The notes under the pieces: generated by a model
What the model saw: only the letters and a program-made list of their open reading frames with translations
Databases searched by the model: none
What the model was told of the DNA's origin: nothing
Part shown: positions 1 through 9,285 of the stretch, one piece after another
Numbering within the stretch: position 1 is the first letter of the stretch
How the letters are laid out: each line of letters starts with the position of its first letter
Program-made: the position numbers and the translations under genes
Source: an uncultured Thermotogae bacterium
Lineage (GTDB): Bacteria; Bipolaricaulota; Bipolaricaulia; UBA7950; UBA9294
NCBI GenBank assembly: GCA_964355545.1
Contig: CAYHEK010000007.1
Location: 1-33,236, forward strand
Length of the DNA stretch: 33,236 nucleotides
Reading direction: 5' to 3'

Positions 1-45
1 CAAACCAAAGAGGGCAAAACGTCGAAGGGTGCTCGGGGGCTTCAT
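1..45 (-). CDS. Possible 5' end of a gene running off the window (MKPPSTLRRFALFGL...)
   Basis: ATG at 45..43 on minus strand preceded by GGAGGAAGGAA; only 15 codons visible. Confidence 0.2.
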   Translation of the reverse strand, partial: MKPPSTLRRFALFGL

Positions 46-156
46 GGTCAGTTCCTTCCTCCCCTAGGATCGCACCCTCAGGCGAGAAGGGCGGTCGTGG
101 GCGTAAAGACGAACGGGACGGTTGGTTACCTCGAGGGAAGACAAAGGTCCTCTTCG

Positions 157-699
157 CTAAGCGAAGAGGCGGCGCGAGCGGTAGAAGTACTCGCCCGCGG
201 AGGCAAGGGAAAGGGCGACCGCGAGGTAGAGGCAGACACTTTGGGCGATCCCGCCTGCGCTCCCCCAGGCAAAGTAGCGATTGGTGAGGACAACGAGAAC
301 GAGGCCGATCTGGGAGATCGTCTTCAGCTTCCCGGAGAGGCTCGCCGCGACGACCTCGCCTTGGGCGATGGCGAAGATCCGAAGCCCGGTGACGAGGAAC
401 TCACGCGCGACGATGACCATCACCGGCGCGGCCGTGAGCTCGCCCAGTTGGACGAAGGAGACGAGGGCGCCCACGACGAGGAGTTTGTCCGCGATCGGGT
501 CGGCGAACTTGCCGAAGAGGGTCGTCTGCTTGAAGCTTCGCGCGAGGTACCCGTCGACCGCGTCCGAGATCGCGGCGAGCGAGAAGAGGGCGATGGCGAG
601 GGCGGTCCCGATCCTCGTCCCCGATAGAACGAGGAACATGAAAAGCGGGACGCTCGCGATGCGGGCGAGCGTGATCTGGTTTGGGATCGTAAGAAGCAT
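157..699 (-). CDS. pgsA: CDP-diacylglycerol--glycerol-3-phosphate 3-phosphatidyltransferase (CDP-alcohol phosphatidyltransferase family)
   Basis: 180 aa, N-term MLLTIPNQITLARI, DGYLAR + GKFADPIADK motifs of CDP-OH P-transferase family, multiple TM helices; GAGGGG RBS 6 nt upstream. Confidence 0.85.
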   Translation of the reverse strand: MLLTIPNQITLARIASVPLFMFLVLSGTRIGTALAIALFSLAAISDAVDGYLARSFKQTTLFGKFADPIADKLLVVGALVSFVQLGELTAAPVMVIVAREFLVTGLRIFAIAQGEVVAASLSGKLKTISQIGLVLVVLTNRYFAWGSAGGIAQSVCLYLAVALSLASAGEYFYRSRRLFA

Positions 700-751
700 C
701 TCATCCCCTCGGAGGGAAGGTACTCCCTCTTTCTCTCGTTGTCAAGCCAAG

Positions 752-1510
752 TTAGCGCACGGCGGCGACGATCGCCGCGAGAGATCCGCAAGAGAGGGAG
801 GCCCCGCCCACGAGGGCGCCGTCGACGTCCGGCTCGTTCAGGAAGGGCGCGATGTTCTCCGGCGTCACGCTCCCTCCGTAGAGGAGGCGCACCCCCTCCG
901 CAGCCGCTTTTCCGAAGGCGGCCGCGATCGAACGACGGAGGAAGGCGATCGTCTCCTGGGCCGCCTGGGGGGAGGCGGCCTCGCCCGTCCCGATCGCCCA
1001 CACCGGCTCGTAGGCGATCACGAGCGACTCAACGGCACGGGGCTCGACCCCGCCGAGTCCGGTGACGAGCTGGGAGGTGACCTTCTTCTCCGTCTCCCCG
1101 CGCCGGCGCTCGGGGAGCGTCTCTCCCAGGCAGAGGATCGGGGTAAGAGCGCCGTCAAGCGCCGCGCGGAGCTTGCGGTTCACGAGTGAATCGTCCTCGT
1201 GAAAGAGAGTCCTCCTCTCCGAGTGTCCGACGAGGACGTAACGACAGCCGCAGGAGGCGAGCATCCCCGCGGAGACCTCGCCGGTGAAGGCCCCTCCCTT
1301 CTCACAGGAGAGGTCCTGGCCGCCGAGCGAGACTCCGGTCTCGGCGAGGAGGGCGCCGGCACGATCGAGCGACGTGAACGGCGGAAGGAGGACGACCTCC
1401 ACCTCCTTGTTCTGCGCGACGAGGGGAAGGAAGAAGCGGAGGAAGCTCTCCGTCTCCGCGGGGGTCTTGTTCATCTTCCAGTTCCCCGCAATCAGGCGTC
1501 GTCTTGCCAT
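752..1510 (-). CDS. tpiA: Triosephosphate isomerase
   Basis: 252 aa MARRRLIAGNWKMN..., AYEPVWAIGTG and GGSV motifs; AGGAGGG RBS; long upstream extension in ORF track is antisense artefact. Confidence 0.9.
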   Translation of the reverse strand: MARRRLIAGNWKMNKTPAETESFLRFFLPLVAQNKEVEVVLLPPFTSLDRAGALLAETGVSLGGQDLSCEKGGAFTGEVSAGMLASCGCRYVLVGHSERRTLFHEDDSLVNRKLRAALDGALTPILCLGETLPERRRGETEKKVTSQLVTGLGGVEPRAVESLVIAYEPVWAIGTGEAASPQAAQETIAFLRRSIAAAFGKAAAEGVRLLYGGSVTPENIAPFLNEPDVDGALVGGASLSCGSLAAIVAAVR

Positions 1511-1569
1511 CGTCCCTCCTTCGATTCGCGCGGGATTATATCCTCTATAGACGAATGAGTGGAAAGGAG

Positions 1570-1599
1570 TTGACATCGAGCGGCCGCTCCCCGTATGAT
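1570..1599 (+). promoter_or_regulatory. Sigma70-like promoter for SPFH gene (TTGACA-18-TATGAT)
   Basis: TTGACA 1570-1575, TATGAT 1594-1599, AGGAGGG RBS 1611-1617, ATG 1625. Confidence 0.45.
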
Positions 1600-1624
1600 C
1601 CCTAAACGAAAGGAGGGAACGAGT

Positions 1625-2371
1625 ATGGTCATTACCATTGCAGCGATCGCGGCTGTTGCCGTCTTCATTCTCCTGAACGCGATCCGCGTCGTGCGCGAGT
1701 ACGAGCGGGGGGTGATCTTCCGCCTGGGGCGGCTCGTGGGGGCAAAGGGGCCGGGGATCTTCCTCCTCATCCCGATCGTCGACAAGATGGTGAAGATCAG
1801 CCTGCGGACGATCACCCTCGACGTCCCGCCGCAGGAAGTGATCACCAAGGACAACGTGACGTCGAACGTCAACGCCGTCCTCTTCTTCCGCGTCGTCGAT
1901 CCGTGCGCCGCCGTCGTCCAGGTGGAGAACTTCCTCGAGGCGACGCGCCAGATCGCCATGACGACCCTGCGCAGCGTGATCGGCGCCGTCGAACTCGACC
2001 AGCTCCTCGCCGAACGGGAGAAGATCAACCTGAAGCTCCAGGAGATCGTGGACGAGCAGACCGACCCGTGGGGGATCAAGGTGAAGGCGATGGAACTGAA
2101 GGACGTGAAGATCCCCGCTGACATGCAGCGGGCGATCGCGCGCCAGGCCGAGGCGGAAAGGGAGCGCCGCGCGAAGATCATCAACGCCGAAGGGGAGCTT
2201 CAGGCGGCGACGAAGCTCTCCGAGGCGGCGGCGATCATCGACAAGAATCCCGCCGCCCTTCAGCTCCGCTACCTGCAAACGCTCGTCGACATCTCCGCGG
2301 AGAACGCCTCGACGATCGTCTTCCCGGTCCCGATTGACTTCTTCCACTTCCTGCAGAAGCGCTCGTCCTAA
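1625..2371 (+). CDS. SPFH/band-7 (stomatin/prohibitin-like) membrane protein
   Basis: N-terminal TM then [17 protein letters not shown]..., coiled-coil [18 protein letters not shown] typical of slipins; start chosen at ATG 1625 behind AGGAGGG. Confidence 0.85.
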   Translation: MVITIAAIAAVAVFILLNAIRVVREYERGVIFRLGRLVGAKGPGIFLLIPIVDKMVKISLRTITLDVPPQEVITKDNVTSNVNAVLFFRVVDPCAAVVQVENFLEATRQIAMTTLRSVIGAVELDQLLAEREKINLKLQEIVDEQTDPWGIKVKAMELKDVKIPADMQRAIARQAEAERERRAKIINAEGELQAATKLSEAAAIIDKNPAALQLRYLQTLVDISAENASTIVFPVPIDFFHFLQKRSS

Positions 2372-2384
2372 GGGAACGTCCCGA

Positions 2385-2404
2385 GGCGGCGTTACGACGC
2401 CGTC
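2385..2404. terminator. GC hairpin between convergent SPFH and ftsI genes
   Basis: CGGCGT-tacg-ACGCCG stem extended by flanking G/C pairs; no U tract. Confidence 0.25.
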
Positions 2405-2494
2405 GTAGTGGGGGCCAGGCCCGCCGGCTGCGAAGCGGCCCTCGCTGTACGTTTGGGGTTGGCGACCGCCCTCGTCGCGATCGACATGCGGCGC

Positions 2495-4159
2495 TTAACG
2501 GGAGCCCGCCTGCGCGACCGGGGCGAGGTGCTCGACCTGCACGAGGCGCGACGCGGCGGCGTGGAAGATCTGGCCGGCGGTGTAGCCTCCCCACACCGGG
2601 GTCGTCTTCACCTCGTCGAGGACGATGAGGAAGAGGTACTCCGGCCGGTCGCCGGGGAGGAAGCCGGCGAAGAGAGAGGTGTACTTCCCCGCCACGTACC
2701 CCTTCCCGGGGACTGCCTTCTGCGCCGTCCCCGTCTTCCCCGCGACCGCGAACCCCTCGACCTCGGCAAGGGTCCCCGTCCCCCGCTCCACGACCCCACG
2801 CAAGAGCCCAAGCATCGTGGCGCAGCTTTCCTCCGAGGCGACGCGCCGCGGGGCGGCCGGCGCATCAGCGAGCGCTGCGTCGTCCCGCACGATCCGCGGG
2901 ACGACGAGCAGGCCGCCGTTTGCGATGACCGACATCGCCCGCGCGAGCTGGATCCCGGTCACGCCGACGGACTGGCCGATCGCAGTTGAAGCGAGGGAGA
3001 GCCCCGACCAGTCCGCGACATCGGTCAGGATCCCGTTCTCCTCTCCCGGAAGGGCTATCCCCGTCTTCTGGCCGAAGCCAAGCTCGACGAGAAACCGGTA
3101 GAGTCGCTCCTCGCCCAGCTTCTCCGCGGCGCGGATCATCCCCGTGTTGATCGATTGGGCGATGACCTCCACGAACGGGACCATCCCGTAGGACTTGTTC
3201 TCCGAGTTGTGGATCGTGTGGCCGTAGAGGGTGATCCCGTCGTTGCCGTTGAAGCGGTCCTCCGCCCGCACCGCCCCGCAGTCGAGGGCGGCGAGGCCGC
3301 TGACCGCCTTGAACGCCGATCCCGGCTCGAAGAGGAAGCTCACCGCGAGGTTCTTCCGCTGCCCAGCGTTCGAGCCTTGAAAGCGGTTGAGGTCGTAGCG
3401 GTGGTCCTGCGCCATCGCGAGGACCTCACCGCTCTTGGGGTCGAGGAGGACGATGAAGCCGGCATTAGGCTTAAACCGCGCGCTCCCGCGGTCGATCTCC
3501 TCCTCGCAGAGGAGCTGCAAGCGACTGTCGACCGTGAGGTGGAGATCTTCCCCCGGCCTCCCTTTCTCCACTGTCTCCGCGTGGTAGGTGCGGCCGTCCG
3601 CGCCCTGCACGACGTGGAGCTTGGCAGGAGCCCCTCCCAGCCAGGAATCGAACAGGACCTCGAGACCCTCGAGGCCCCGCCCGTCCGTCCCCACGAAGCC
3701 GATGAGGTTCGAAGCAAGGGCGCCCTGCGGGTAGCACCGCTTCCAGGTGTCGATGAAGATGAGGCCGTAGGCACTCTCTGCCTTCGTCCGCCTCTCGATC
3801 GCCCGCGCCGCCTCGAGGCTCACTTTGCGATCGAGCCAGGTGAAGTAGCTCGGGCGGTAGACGAGCTGTTCGAGGGATCGAGCGGGGACCCCAAGCTCCT
3901 CGCTCAGGATCTTGACGAGCGTCTCGGGTTTCGTCATGTTGAAGCTGTCGATCGCTATCGCGACCGCCTTCACGTCGAATGCGAGCGAGACGCCGTTCCG
4001 GTCGTAGATGGTCCCGCGGCGGGGAGGGACATCGATCGTCCGCTCCTGCATCGCCCGCGCGGCGGCGACCCAGCGGCCGTGCTCCACGACCTGGAGCTGG
4101 ACGAGACGGGCGACGATGAAAAAGGACAAGAAAGAGAGTAGGAGCGCGAGGGCGCGCAT
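2495..4159 (-). CDS. ftsI: Class B penicillin-binding protein / peptidoglycan D,D-transpeptidase (FtsI-like)
   Basis: N-terminal TM, SAFK (SxxK), SEN (SxN), KTGT motifs; preceded by ftsL-like gene; start set at MRALALL (ATG 4159) with GGAGAAG RBS. Confidence 0.85.
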   Translation of the reverse strand: MRALALLLSFLSFFIVARLVQLQVVEHGRWVAAARAMQERTIDVPPRRGTIYDRNGVSLAFDVKAVAIAIDSFNMTKPETLVKILSEELGVPARSLEQLVYRPSYFTWLDRKVSLEAARAIERRTKAESAYGLIFIDTWKRCYPQGALASNLIGFVGTDGRGLEGLEVLFDSWLGGAPAKLHVVQGADGRTYHAETVEKGRPGEDLHLTVDSRLQLLCEEEIDRGSARFKPNAGFIVLLDPKSGEVLAMAQDHRYDLNRFQGSNAGQRKNLAVSFLFEPGSAFKAVSGLAALDCGAVRAEDRFNGNDGITLYGHTIHNSENKSYGMVPFVEVIAQSINTGMIRAAEKLGEERLYRFLVELGFGQKTGIALPGEENGILTDVADWSGLSLASTAIGQSVGVTGIQLARAMSVIANGGLLVVPRIVRDDAALADAPAAPRRVASEESCATMLGLLRGVVERGTGTLAEVEGFAVAGKTGTAQKAVPGKGYVAGKYTSLFAGFLPGDRPEYLFLIVLDEVKTTPVWGGYTAGQIFHAAASRLVQVEHLAPVAQAGSR

Positions 4160-4178
4160 CCGCTTCTCCGTCGTCTCT

Positions 4179-4541
4179 CTAACGGTCCTCGGTCGCGGGT
4201 TCCAGGTGGACATAACGCGTGTTGGCCGGCTCGACCATGTGGAGCGTCGTGCGGGCGATGCGGGAGACTCGCTCAAGTGAGAAGGCCTGCCCGATCTCAA
4301 ACTCCAAGGAGCGGTTCACCTCCTCGGTTGCGGTGAGCGCCTCCCGCGCGGCCTCCCGTTTTGCCGTGAGATCGAGGATCAGGGCACCCTGCCAGAGATA
4401 GAAGAGACAGAGTCCGGTCACGGCGAGGGCCACGAGGAGCGTGACCCCGCTCGTCGCGGGCCAATGGACGGCTGGTGCCGGCCAACCGCGCCGCGTCCGC
4501 CCAAGCGAAAAACCGATCCCCCCTCTCCTTCGGCGTCGCAT
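4179..4541 (-). CDS. ftsL: Cell division protein FtsL-like (septum formation initiator family)
   Basis: 120 aa, basic N-term, single TM, then coiled-coil; position between rsmH and ftsI. Confidence 0.6.
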   Translation of the reverse strand: MRRRRRGGIGFSLGRTRRGWPAPAVHWPATSGVTLLVALAVTGLCLFYLWQGALILDLTAKREAAREALTATEEVNRSLEFEIGQAFSLERVSRIARTTLHMVEPANTRYVHLEPATEDR

Positions 4542-4605
4542 CCCCCGTTCAAGGTAAAGGACCCGGGTACGCGCGAAGGGGACATTTGTCGAACAAGGAG
4601 GCGAA

Positions 4606-5574
4606 CTACGTTACCTTGCGCGCCGCGCGCAGCTTCGCGCTGCGACTGCGGGGATTCGCGGAGACCTCCGCTGCGGAAGGGACGACCGGCCGGGGGGTGA
4701 GGACCTCCGCCTCGACCTTCTTCCCGCAGACGCAGATCGGGAGGTCAGGCGGACAAGTGCAGGGGGCGCTCTTCTCGCGGAAGAACCCCTTCACGATCCG
4801 ATCCTCGAGAGAGTGGTAGCTGATCACGGCGATCGTCCCCCCCACTCTCAGGGCGCGGAAACCGGCCTCGAGCCCCGAGGTGAGGTTCTCAAGCTCCTCG
4901 TTCACCGCGATCCGGAGCGCCTGGAACGTGCGCGTCGCCGGATCGATCCGTCGCGGGTGGAAGCGGCCGGGAATCGCGCGGCGCACGATCGCGGCGAGGT
5001 CTTCCGTCGTCTCGATGGGACGGCTTGCCCGCGCGGCGAGGATGGCGCGGGAGATCCGGCGGGCGAAGCGCTCCTCGCCGTATCGGGTGAGAATCGCCTC
5101 AAGCTCCTCCGCGGAGGAGCGGTTCACGAGGTCACCCGCCGTGCGGGGCGCGTCGCGGTCCATCCGCATGTCGAGGGGACCTTCCGCACGGAAGCTGAAC
5201 CCCCGCTCCGCACAGTCCAGTTGAAAGGAGGAGAGGCCGAGGTCGAGGAGGAGCCCGTCCGTCGCCTCGATCCCGACGTCCGCGAGGTGCCGGCCGACGT
5301 CGCGGTAGTTCCCGCAAACGAGGTGAACGCGGTCGCCGAAGGGAGCGAGGCGCTCGGCGGCCCGCGCCAGGGCCTCGCGGTCGCGGTCGATCCCGAGGAG
5401 GGTGATCTTGGGTTCTGCCTCGAGGAGAGCCGCGGCGTGGCCGCCCAGGCCGACCGTCCCGTCGACGTAGGCTCCTCCCGGCCGCGGCTCGAGGAGCCGC
5501 ACAACCTCTCGACACAGGACGGGAGTGTGGCCGGGCCACTCCGTGGGAGACTCCTCTTTGCCCACTCTAGGCAT
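4606..5574 (-). CDS. rsmH: 16S rRNA (cytosine1402-N4)-methyltransferase
   Basis: MPRVGKEESPTEWPGHTPVL... VDGTVGLGGHA, DLGLSSFQLD motifs of MraW/RsmH; start at ATG 5574. Confidence 0.9.
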   Translation of the reverse strand: MPRVGKEESPTEWPGHTPVLCREVVRLLEPRPGGAYVDGTVGLGGHAAALLEAEPKITLLGIDRDREALARAAERLAPFGDRVHLVCGNYRDVGRHLADVGIEATDGLLLDLGLSSFQLDCAERGFSFRAEGPLDMRMDRDAPRTAGDLVNRSSAEELEAILTRYGEERFARRISRAILAARASRPIETTEDLAAIVRRAIPGRFHPRRIDPATRTFQALRIAVNEELENLTSGLEAGFRALRVGGTIAVISYHSLEDRIVKGFFREKSAPCTCPPDLPICVCGKKVEAEVLTPRPVVPSAAEVSANPRSRSAKLRAARKVT

Positions 5575-6643
5575 CGCTTCCTCCCAGGATCGCCTCAAGC
5601 TGTGCGAGGAAGGACGAAAAGGCTTCCCGCGTGCGCTCGTGGAGACGGTGGTACGCCGCCCGAAGCGCCACCCTGTACGCGGGGGGAAAGCCGAGGACGG
5701 AAAGGGCCTCCTCGACCGACGGGAGAGGGGAAGAGGGGATCTTAAGTCCACCGAGGGAGCGCACCTCCGCGAGGAGGCGCTCGATCTTTGGGTCCTCGGG
5801 GACGGCGAGGATCGGCGTCCCCGTTCGCAGGGCCGCCTCGACGGCGTGCAGGCGCGAAGCGATGAGGAGGTCCGCGCAAGCGAGCTCCTCCGTCACCTCG
5901 GCGAGGGTCGCCGGGGAGGCGATCCGGCAGGGAACGCCGCTTGTCTTGGCTAGTTCTTCGGCGAAGGGAAGGTCCTCCGCGGGAAAGGAGACGAGGAGGG
6001 TGAAGGAGGCGTCCGTCCGCGCGTGCAGCCCATGGAGGAGCGTGACCATCCGCTCGGAGAGGGCCCGCCGCGCCAAGGGATGAGGTCCCTTGAGGGCGAG
6101 GGCGACCCGCGGCCTTTCCCCGGCCGGGGCCCCGTCGCACCCGTCAAGCGGAGGGAAGAGGAAGAAGAGGTCCCCATCCAAGACGGCCGCACGTCCCATC
6201 GACCGCACGAGGGAAAGGCTTCCCGCGTCGCGGCAGCCGATGTAGCATGCCTTCGCTAGGGCGAAGCGGGTCGCCGCGCGCGCGAGCCGTCCGCGGATCG
6301 GTCCGATCCCCTGACCGAGGAGGAAGACCGGCCGGCGAGCGAGCCGTGCGAGGAGGACGAGGGAGAGGTAGTAGTACAGGGATCGCACGCTCGTCCGGTT
6401 CTGGAGGAGGCCTCCTCCTCCGAAGAGGAGGGCAAAGGAGCGACGGAGCGCGGCGAGGACGCTTCTGGGGTCCGCGCGGTCCACCTCGCCAACCCCTGGA
6501 GGCTGCGCCACAAGGAAAAGAGGGGTCACAGAGCGCGGCAGCCCTTGCGCGAGCGCGAGGCGGAGGAGCTCGTCACCGAGGTTCCCGAACCCGTAGTAGC
6601 CGGCCACGAGAACCGTCCGTTCTTGCTTCACCGCCTCCCTCAC
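5567..6643 (-). CDS. Polysaccharide pyruvyl transferase family protein (CsaB-like)
   Basis: VLVAGYYGFGNLGDELL N-terminus and overall pattern of PF04230; real start may be GTG 6631 behind AGGGAGG; 8-nt overlap with rsmH start. Confidence 0.7.
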   Translation of the reverse strand: MREAVKQERTVLVAGYYGFGNLGDELLRLALAQGLPRSVTPLFLVAQPPGVGEVDRADPRSVLAALRRSFALLFGGGGLLQNRTSVRSLYYYLSLVLLARLARRPVFLLGQGIGPIRGRLARAATRFALAKACYIGCRDAGSLSLVRSMGRAAVLDGDLFFLFPPLDGCDGAPAGERPRVALALKGPHPLARRALSERMVTLLHGLHARTDASFTLLVSFPAEDLPFAEELAKTSGVPCRIASPATLAEVTEELACADLLIASRLHAVEAALRTGTPILAVPEDPKIERLLAEVRSLGGLKIPSSPLPSVEEALSVLGFPPAYRVALRAAYHRLHERTREAFSSFLAQLEAILGGSDA

Positions 6644-6678
6644 CCCGTGCCCTTCCCAAAGGCGCCGCCCGCGCAGGA

Positions 6679-9198
6679 TTACAGACTCTCCTTCAGCCGG
6701 GAGAGGAGCTCGAGGGCCTGGAGGGGAGTGAGCCGGTCGGTGTCGACTCGACGCAGCTCCTTCACGACCGGGTGATCGTCCGCCCCAAAGAGGGGGAGCG
6801 GTTCGGCCGGGGCCTCTCTCCCCGTGAGCCGGGAGAGGGGGGCCTCGGCGAGGAGTCTCTCCAGGATCCGATCGGCCGCCTCGGTCACCCGCTCGGGGAG
6901 CCCGGCGAGACGAGCGACGTGAACTCCGTAGCTCCCCTCCGCGACTCCCGGCTCGACCTTGTGCAGGAAGACGACCTCCTTCCCGACCTCCTTCACCTCC
7001 ACGTGCAGGTTGAGGACGGAAGGGACCTCCTCGGCGAGTCGGGTGAGCTCGTGGTAGTGCGTCGCGAAGAGGGTCTTCGCCTTGACGTGGGTGGCGAGCT
7101 CCTTGGCCACGGCCCAGGCGATGGAGACCCCGTCGAAGGTGCTCGTCCCGCGTCCCATCTCGTCCAGGATGATGAGACTCCGCGGCGTCGCTCGCTCGAG
7201 GATCGTCGCAACTTCTAGCATCTCCATCATGAACGTGCTCACGCCCTCGGCGAGCATGTCGCTCGCCCCCACCCGGGCGAAGACGCGGTCGACGATGGGA
7301 AGGACGGCCTCCTTCGCCGGCACGAAGGAGCCGATCTGAGCCAAGAGAGAGATGAGCGCGACCTGGCGTAAGTAGACCGATTTCCCCGACATGTTGGGAC
7401 CGGTGAGGACGACGAGATCCTTGGTCGGATCGAGGTTGAGGTCGTTGGGGACGAACTCCACTGTCTCCTCCACGACCGGGTGGCGGCCGGCGCGGATCGA
7501 AAGCGCGTGCTTCTCCGTGAAGCGCGGTCGCGCGTAGCGGTTCTTCCGCGCTACCGCAGCGAGGGAGAGAAGAAAATCGAGCTCGGAGAGGGCGTCGGCC
7601 GTCCGCTGGAGGAGGGGAATTTCTTCGACCAGGTGGTCAAGGGCGCGCCGGAAGATCTCGATCTCAAGAGCCTTTGCCCGCTCCTCGGCGTGGACGATTC
7701 GCTCCTCGCACGACTCGAGTTCCTCCGTCGTGAACCGCTCGGCATTGGCGAGGGTCTGGCGCCGGCGGTACTCGGGCGGAACCCGGTCGAGGTGCGGCCG
7801 CGTCACCTCGAGGTAGTAGCCGAAGACCCGGTTGTAGCCGACCTTGAGGCTCGGGATCCCCGTCCTCTCGCGCTCCCGTTGTTCCATTGCGGCGATCTCG
7901 GAGCGGAGGGCTCGCACCTCCGCGCGCAGCCGGTCGAGATCCGTATCGAATCCCGGCCGGATGAGATCCCCACCGCTTGGGTCGGCCGGCGGGTGGTCGA
8001 CAAGCATCCCCGAGAGGTTCTTCCCGAGCGGGAGGAGGCCAGGATCGCGCAGAGCCTCCGTAACACGGAGAAGCGTTGAGGGGACCAACTTTCCCTCAGG
8101 CTTCGCGCCGAGGGCTGTCGCGACCGTCGGGACCTTGGCCAGGCTCCGCTCAAGAGCGAGGAGGTCAAGCGGGTTCATCCGCCGTGCGCCGAGCCTTCCC
8201 ACGAGCCTCTCGAGGTCGTGGACCTCCCGCAGGAGGGCCGCAAGCTCCTGGAGGAGGAGCTCGTCCTCGACCAGGGCCTCCACCGCGTCGAGGCGGGCCT
8301 CGATCGCGGGCCGGTCCGTGAGAGGAGAAAGGAGCGCGCGGCGGAGCCTCCGCCGTCCCATGCTCGTCGCGGTGTGGTCAAGGACGTGGAGGAGGGTCCC
8401 CCGCTCCCTCCCCTCGTGGAGCGGCTTCACAAGCTCGAGGCTGCGCACGGTGAACGGATCGAGGTCCATCCGATGAGCGAGGGAGTAGTGAACGAGGGGA
8501 CGGATGTGGGAGGTCGCCTCCTTCTGCGTCTCGGTCACGTAGGCGAGGATGGCACTAGCGGCGGCGAGGGCGGCTTCGGAGATGCCGAGCCCCCCTACCA
8601 CCATGTTCCCGGCGCGGAACGCCTCTTCGGCAAGGACGGTGACCGCCGCCCGGCCGGCCACCTCCCTCAGGTCCTCCGCGTGGTCGCGCGGAACGAGGAC
8701 CTCGCTCGGTGCGAGCCGTTCGATCTCGCTTTTGAGGTCCTGCACGTCGCAGGTCTCGGTAGAGGTGAACTCCCCGGTCGAGAGGTCGAGTGAGGCGATC
8801 CCGAACCGCCCCTCCCGCGAGTGGACCGCGCACAGGTAGTTGTTCTCGCCCGCCTCGAGGGACCCTTCGTCGAGGGTCGTCCCCGGGGTCACCACCCGCA
8901 CGACCTCGCGCTTCACAAGGCCGGTCGCCTGGCGCGGATCCTCGACCTGCTCGGAGATCGCCACCTTGTACCCGCGCCGGAGGAGCCGATTGACGTAGGC
9001 CTCCCCGCGGCGCACGGGGACGCCGGCCATCGGGTTCCCGTTCCTTGCAGTAAGGACCACGTCGAGCTCGCGCGAGAGGACTTCGGCGTCCTCAAAGAAC
9101 GCCTCGTAGAAGTCGCCGAGGTGAAAGAAGAGGATCGCGTCCGGGTGCGCCGCCTTGAGGCGCAGGTACTGCTCCATCATCGGAGTCGAAGCGGGCAT
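6679..9198 (-). CDS. mutS: DNA mismatch repair protein MutS
   Basis: MPASTPMMEQYLRLKAAHPDAILFFHLGDFYE..., Walker A GPNMSGKS, 839 aa; N-terminal 297-aa extension in ORF track judged antisense artefact. Confidence 0.9.
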   Translation of the reverse strand: MPASTPMMEQYLRLKAAHPDAILFFHLGDFYEAFFEDAEVLSRELDVVLTARNGNPMAGVPVRRGEAYVNRLLRRGYKVAISEQVEDPRQATGLVKREVVRVVTPGTTLDEGSLEAGENNYLCAVHSREGRFGIASLDLSTGEFTSTETCDVQDLKSEIERLAPSEVLVPRDHAEDLREVAGRAAVTVLAEEAFRAGNMVVGGLGISEAALAAASAILAYVTETQKEATSHIRPLVHYSLAHRMDLDPFTVRSLELVKPLHEGRERGTLLHVLDHTATSMGRRRLRRALLSPLTDRPAIEARLDAVEALVEDELLLQELAALLREVHDLERLVGRLGARRMNPLDLLALERSLAKVPTVATALGAKPEGKLVPSTLLRVTEALRDPGLLPLGKNLSGMLVDHPPADPSGGDLIRPGFDTDLDRLRAEVRALRSEIAAMEQRERERTGIPSLKVGYNRVFGYYLEVTRPHLDRVPPEYRRRQTLANAERFTTEELESCEERIVHAEERAKALEIEIFRRALDHLVEEIPLLQRTADALSELDFLLSLAAVARKNRYARPRFTEKHALSIRAGRHPVVEETVEFVPNDLNLDPTKDLVVLTGPNMSGKSVYLRQVALISLLAQIGSFVPAKEAVLPIVDRVFARVGASDMLAEGVSTFMMEMLEVATILERATPRSLIILDEMGRGTSTFDGVSIAWAVAKELATHVKAKTLFATHYHELTRLAEEVPSVLNLHVEVKEVGKEVVFLHKVEPGVAEGSYGVHVARLAGLPERVTEAADRILERLLAEAPLSRLTGREAPAEPLPLFGADDHPVVKELRRVDTDRLTPLQALELLSRLKESL

Positions 9199-9285
9199 CA
9201 CGCGCTGGAGTATAGCGACCCCTTCTAGTCCTGTAAACGAACTCTTCTTGACAAGCCGCCGGAGGGGACCGTAGGATCTTTGGCC

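Noticed and set aside
97-1189. Plus-strand ORFs 97..627 and 281..1189, and minus-strand ORF 420..1001
   Set aside because: They are antisense to pgsA and tpiA. The products are low-complexity R/P/G/E-rich, typical of high-GC artefacts, with no RBS.
752-2347. 531-aa minus-strand ORF extending tpiA upstream across the SPFH gene
   Set aside because: Only the last 252 codons are TPI. The extension is antisense to a well-supported SPFH gene and runs through a divergent promoter region. The true start has AGGAGGG + ATG at 1510.
4586-4596. TTGTcgaACAA inverted motif upstream of ftsL as a possible MraZ-type operator
   Set aside because: It has 4-bp arms only, no mraZ gene is present, and it is too weak to call.
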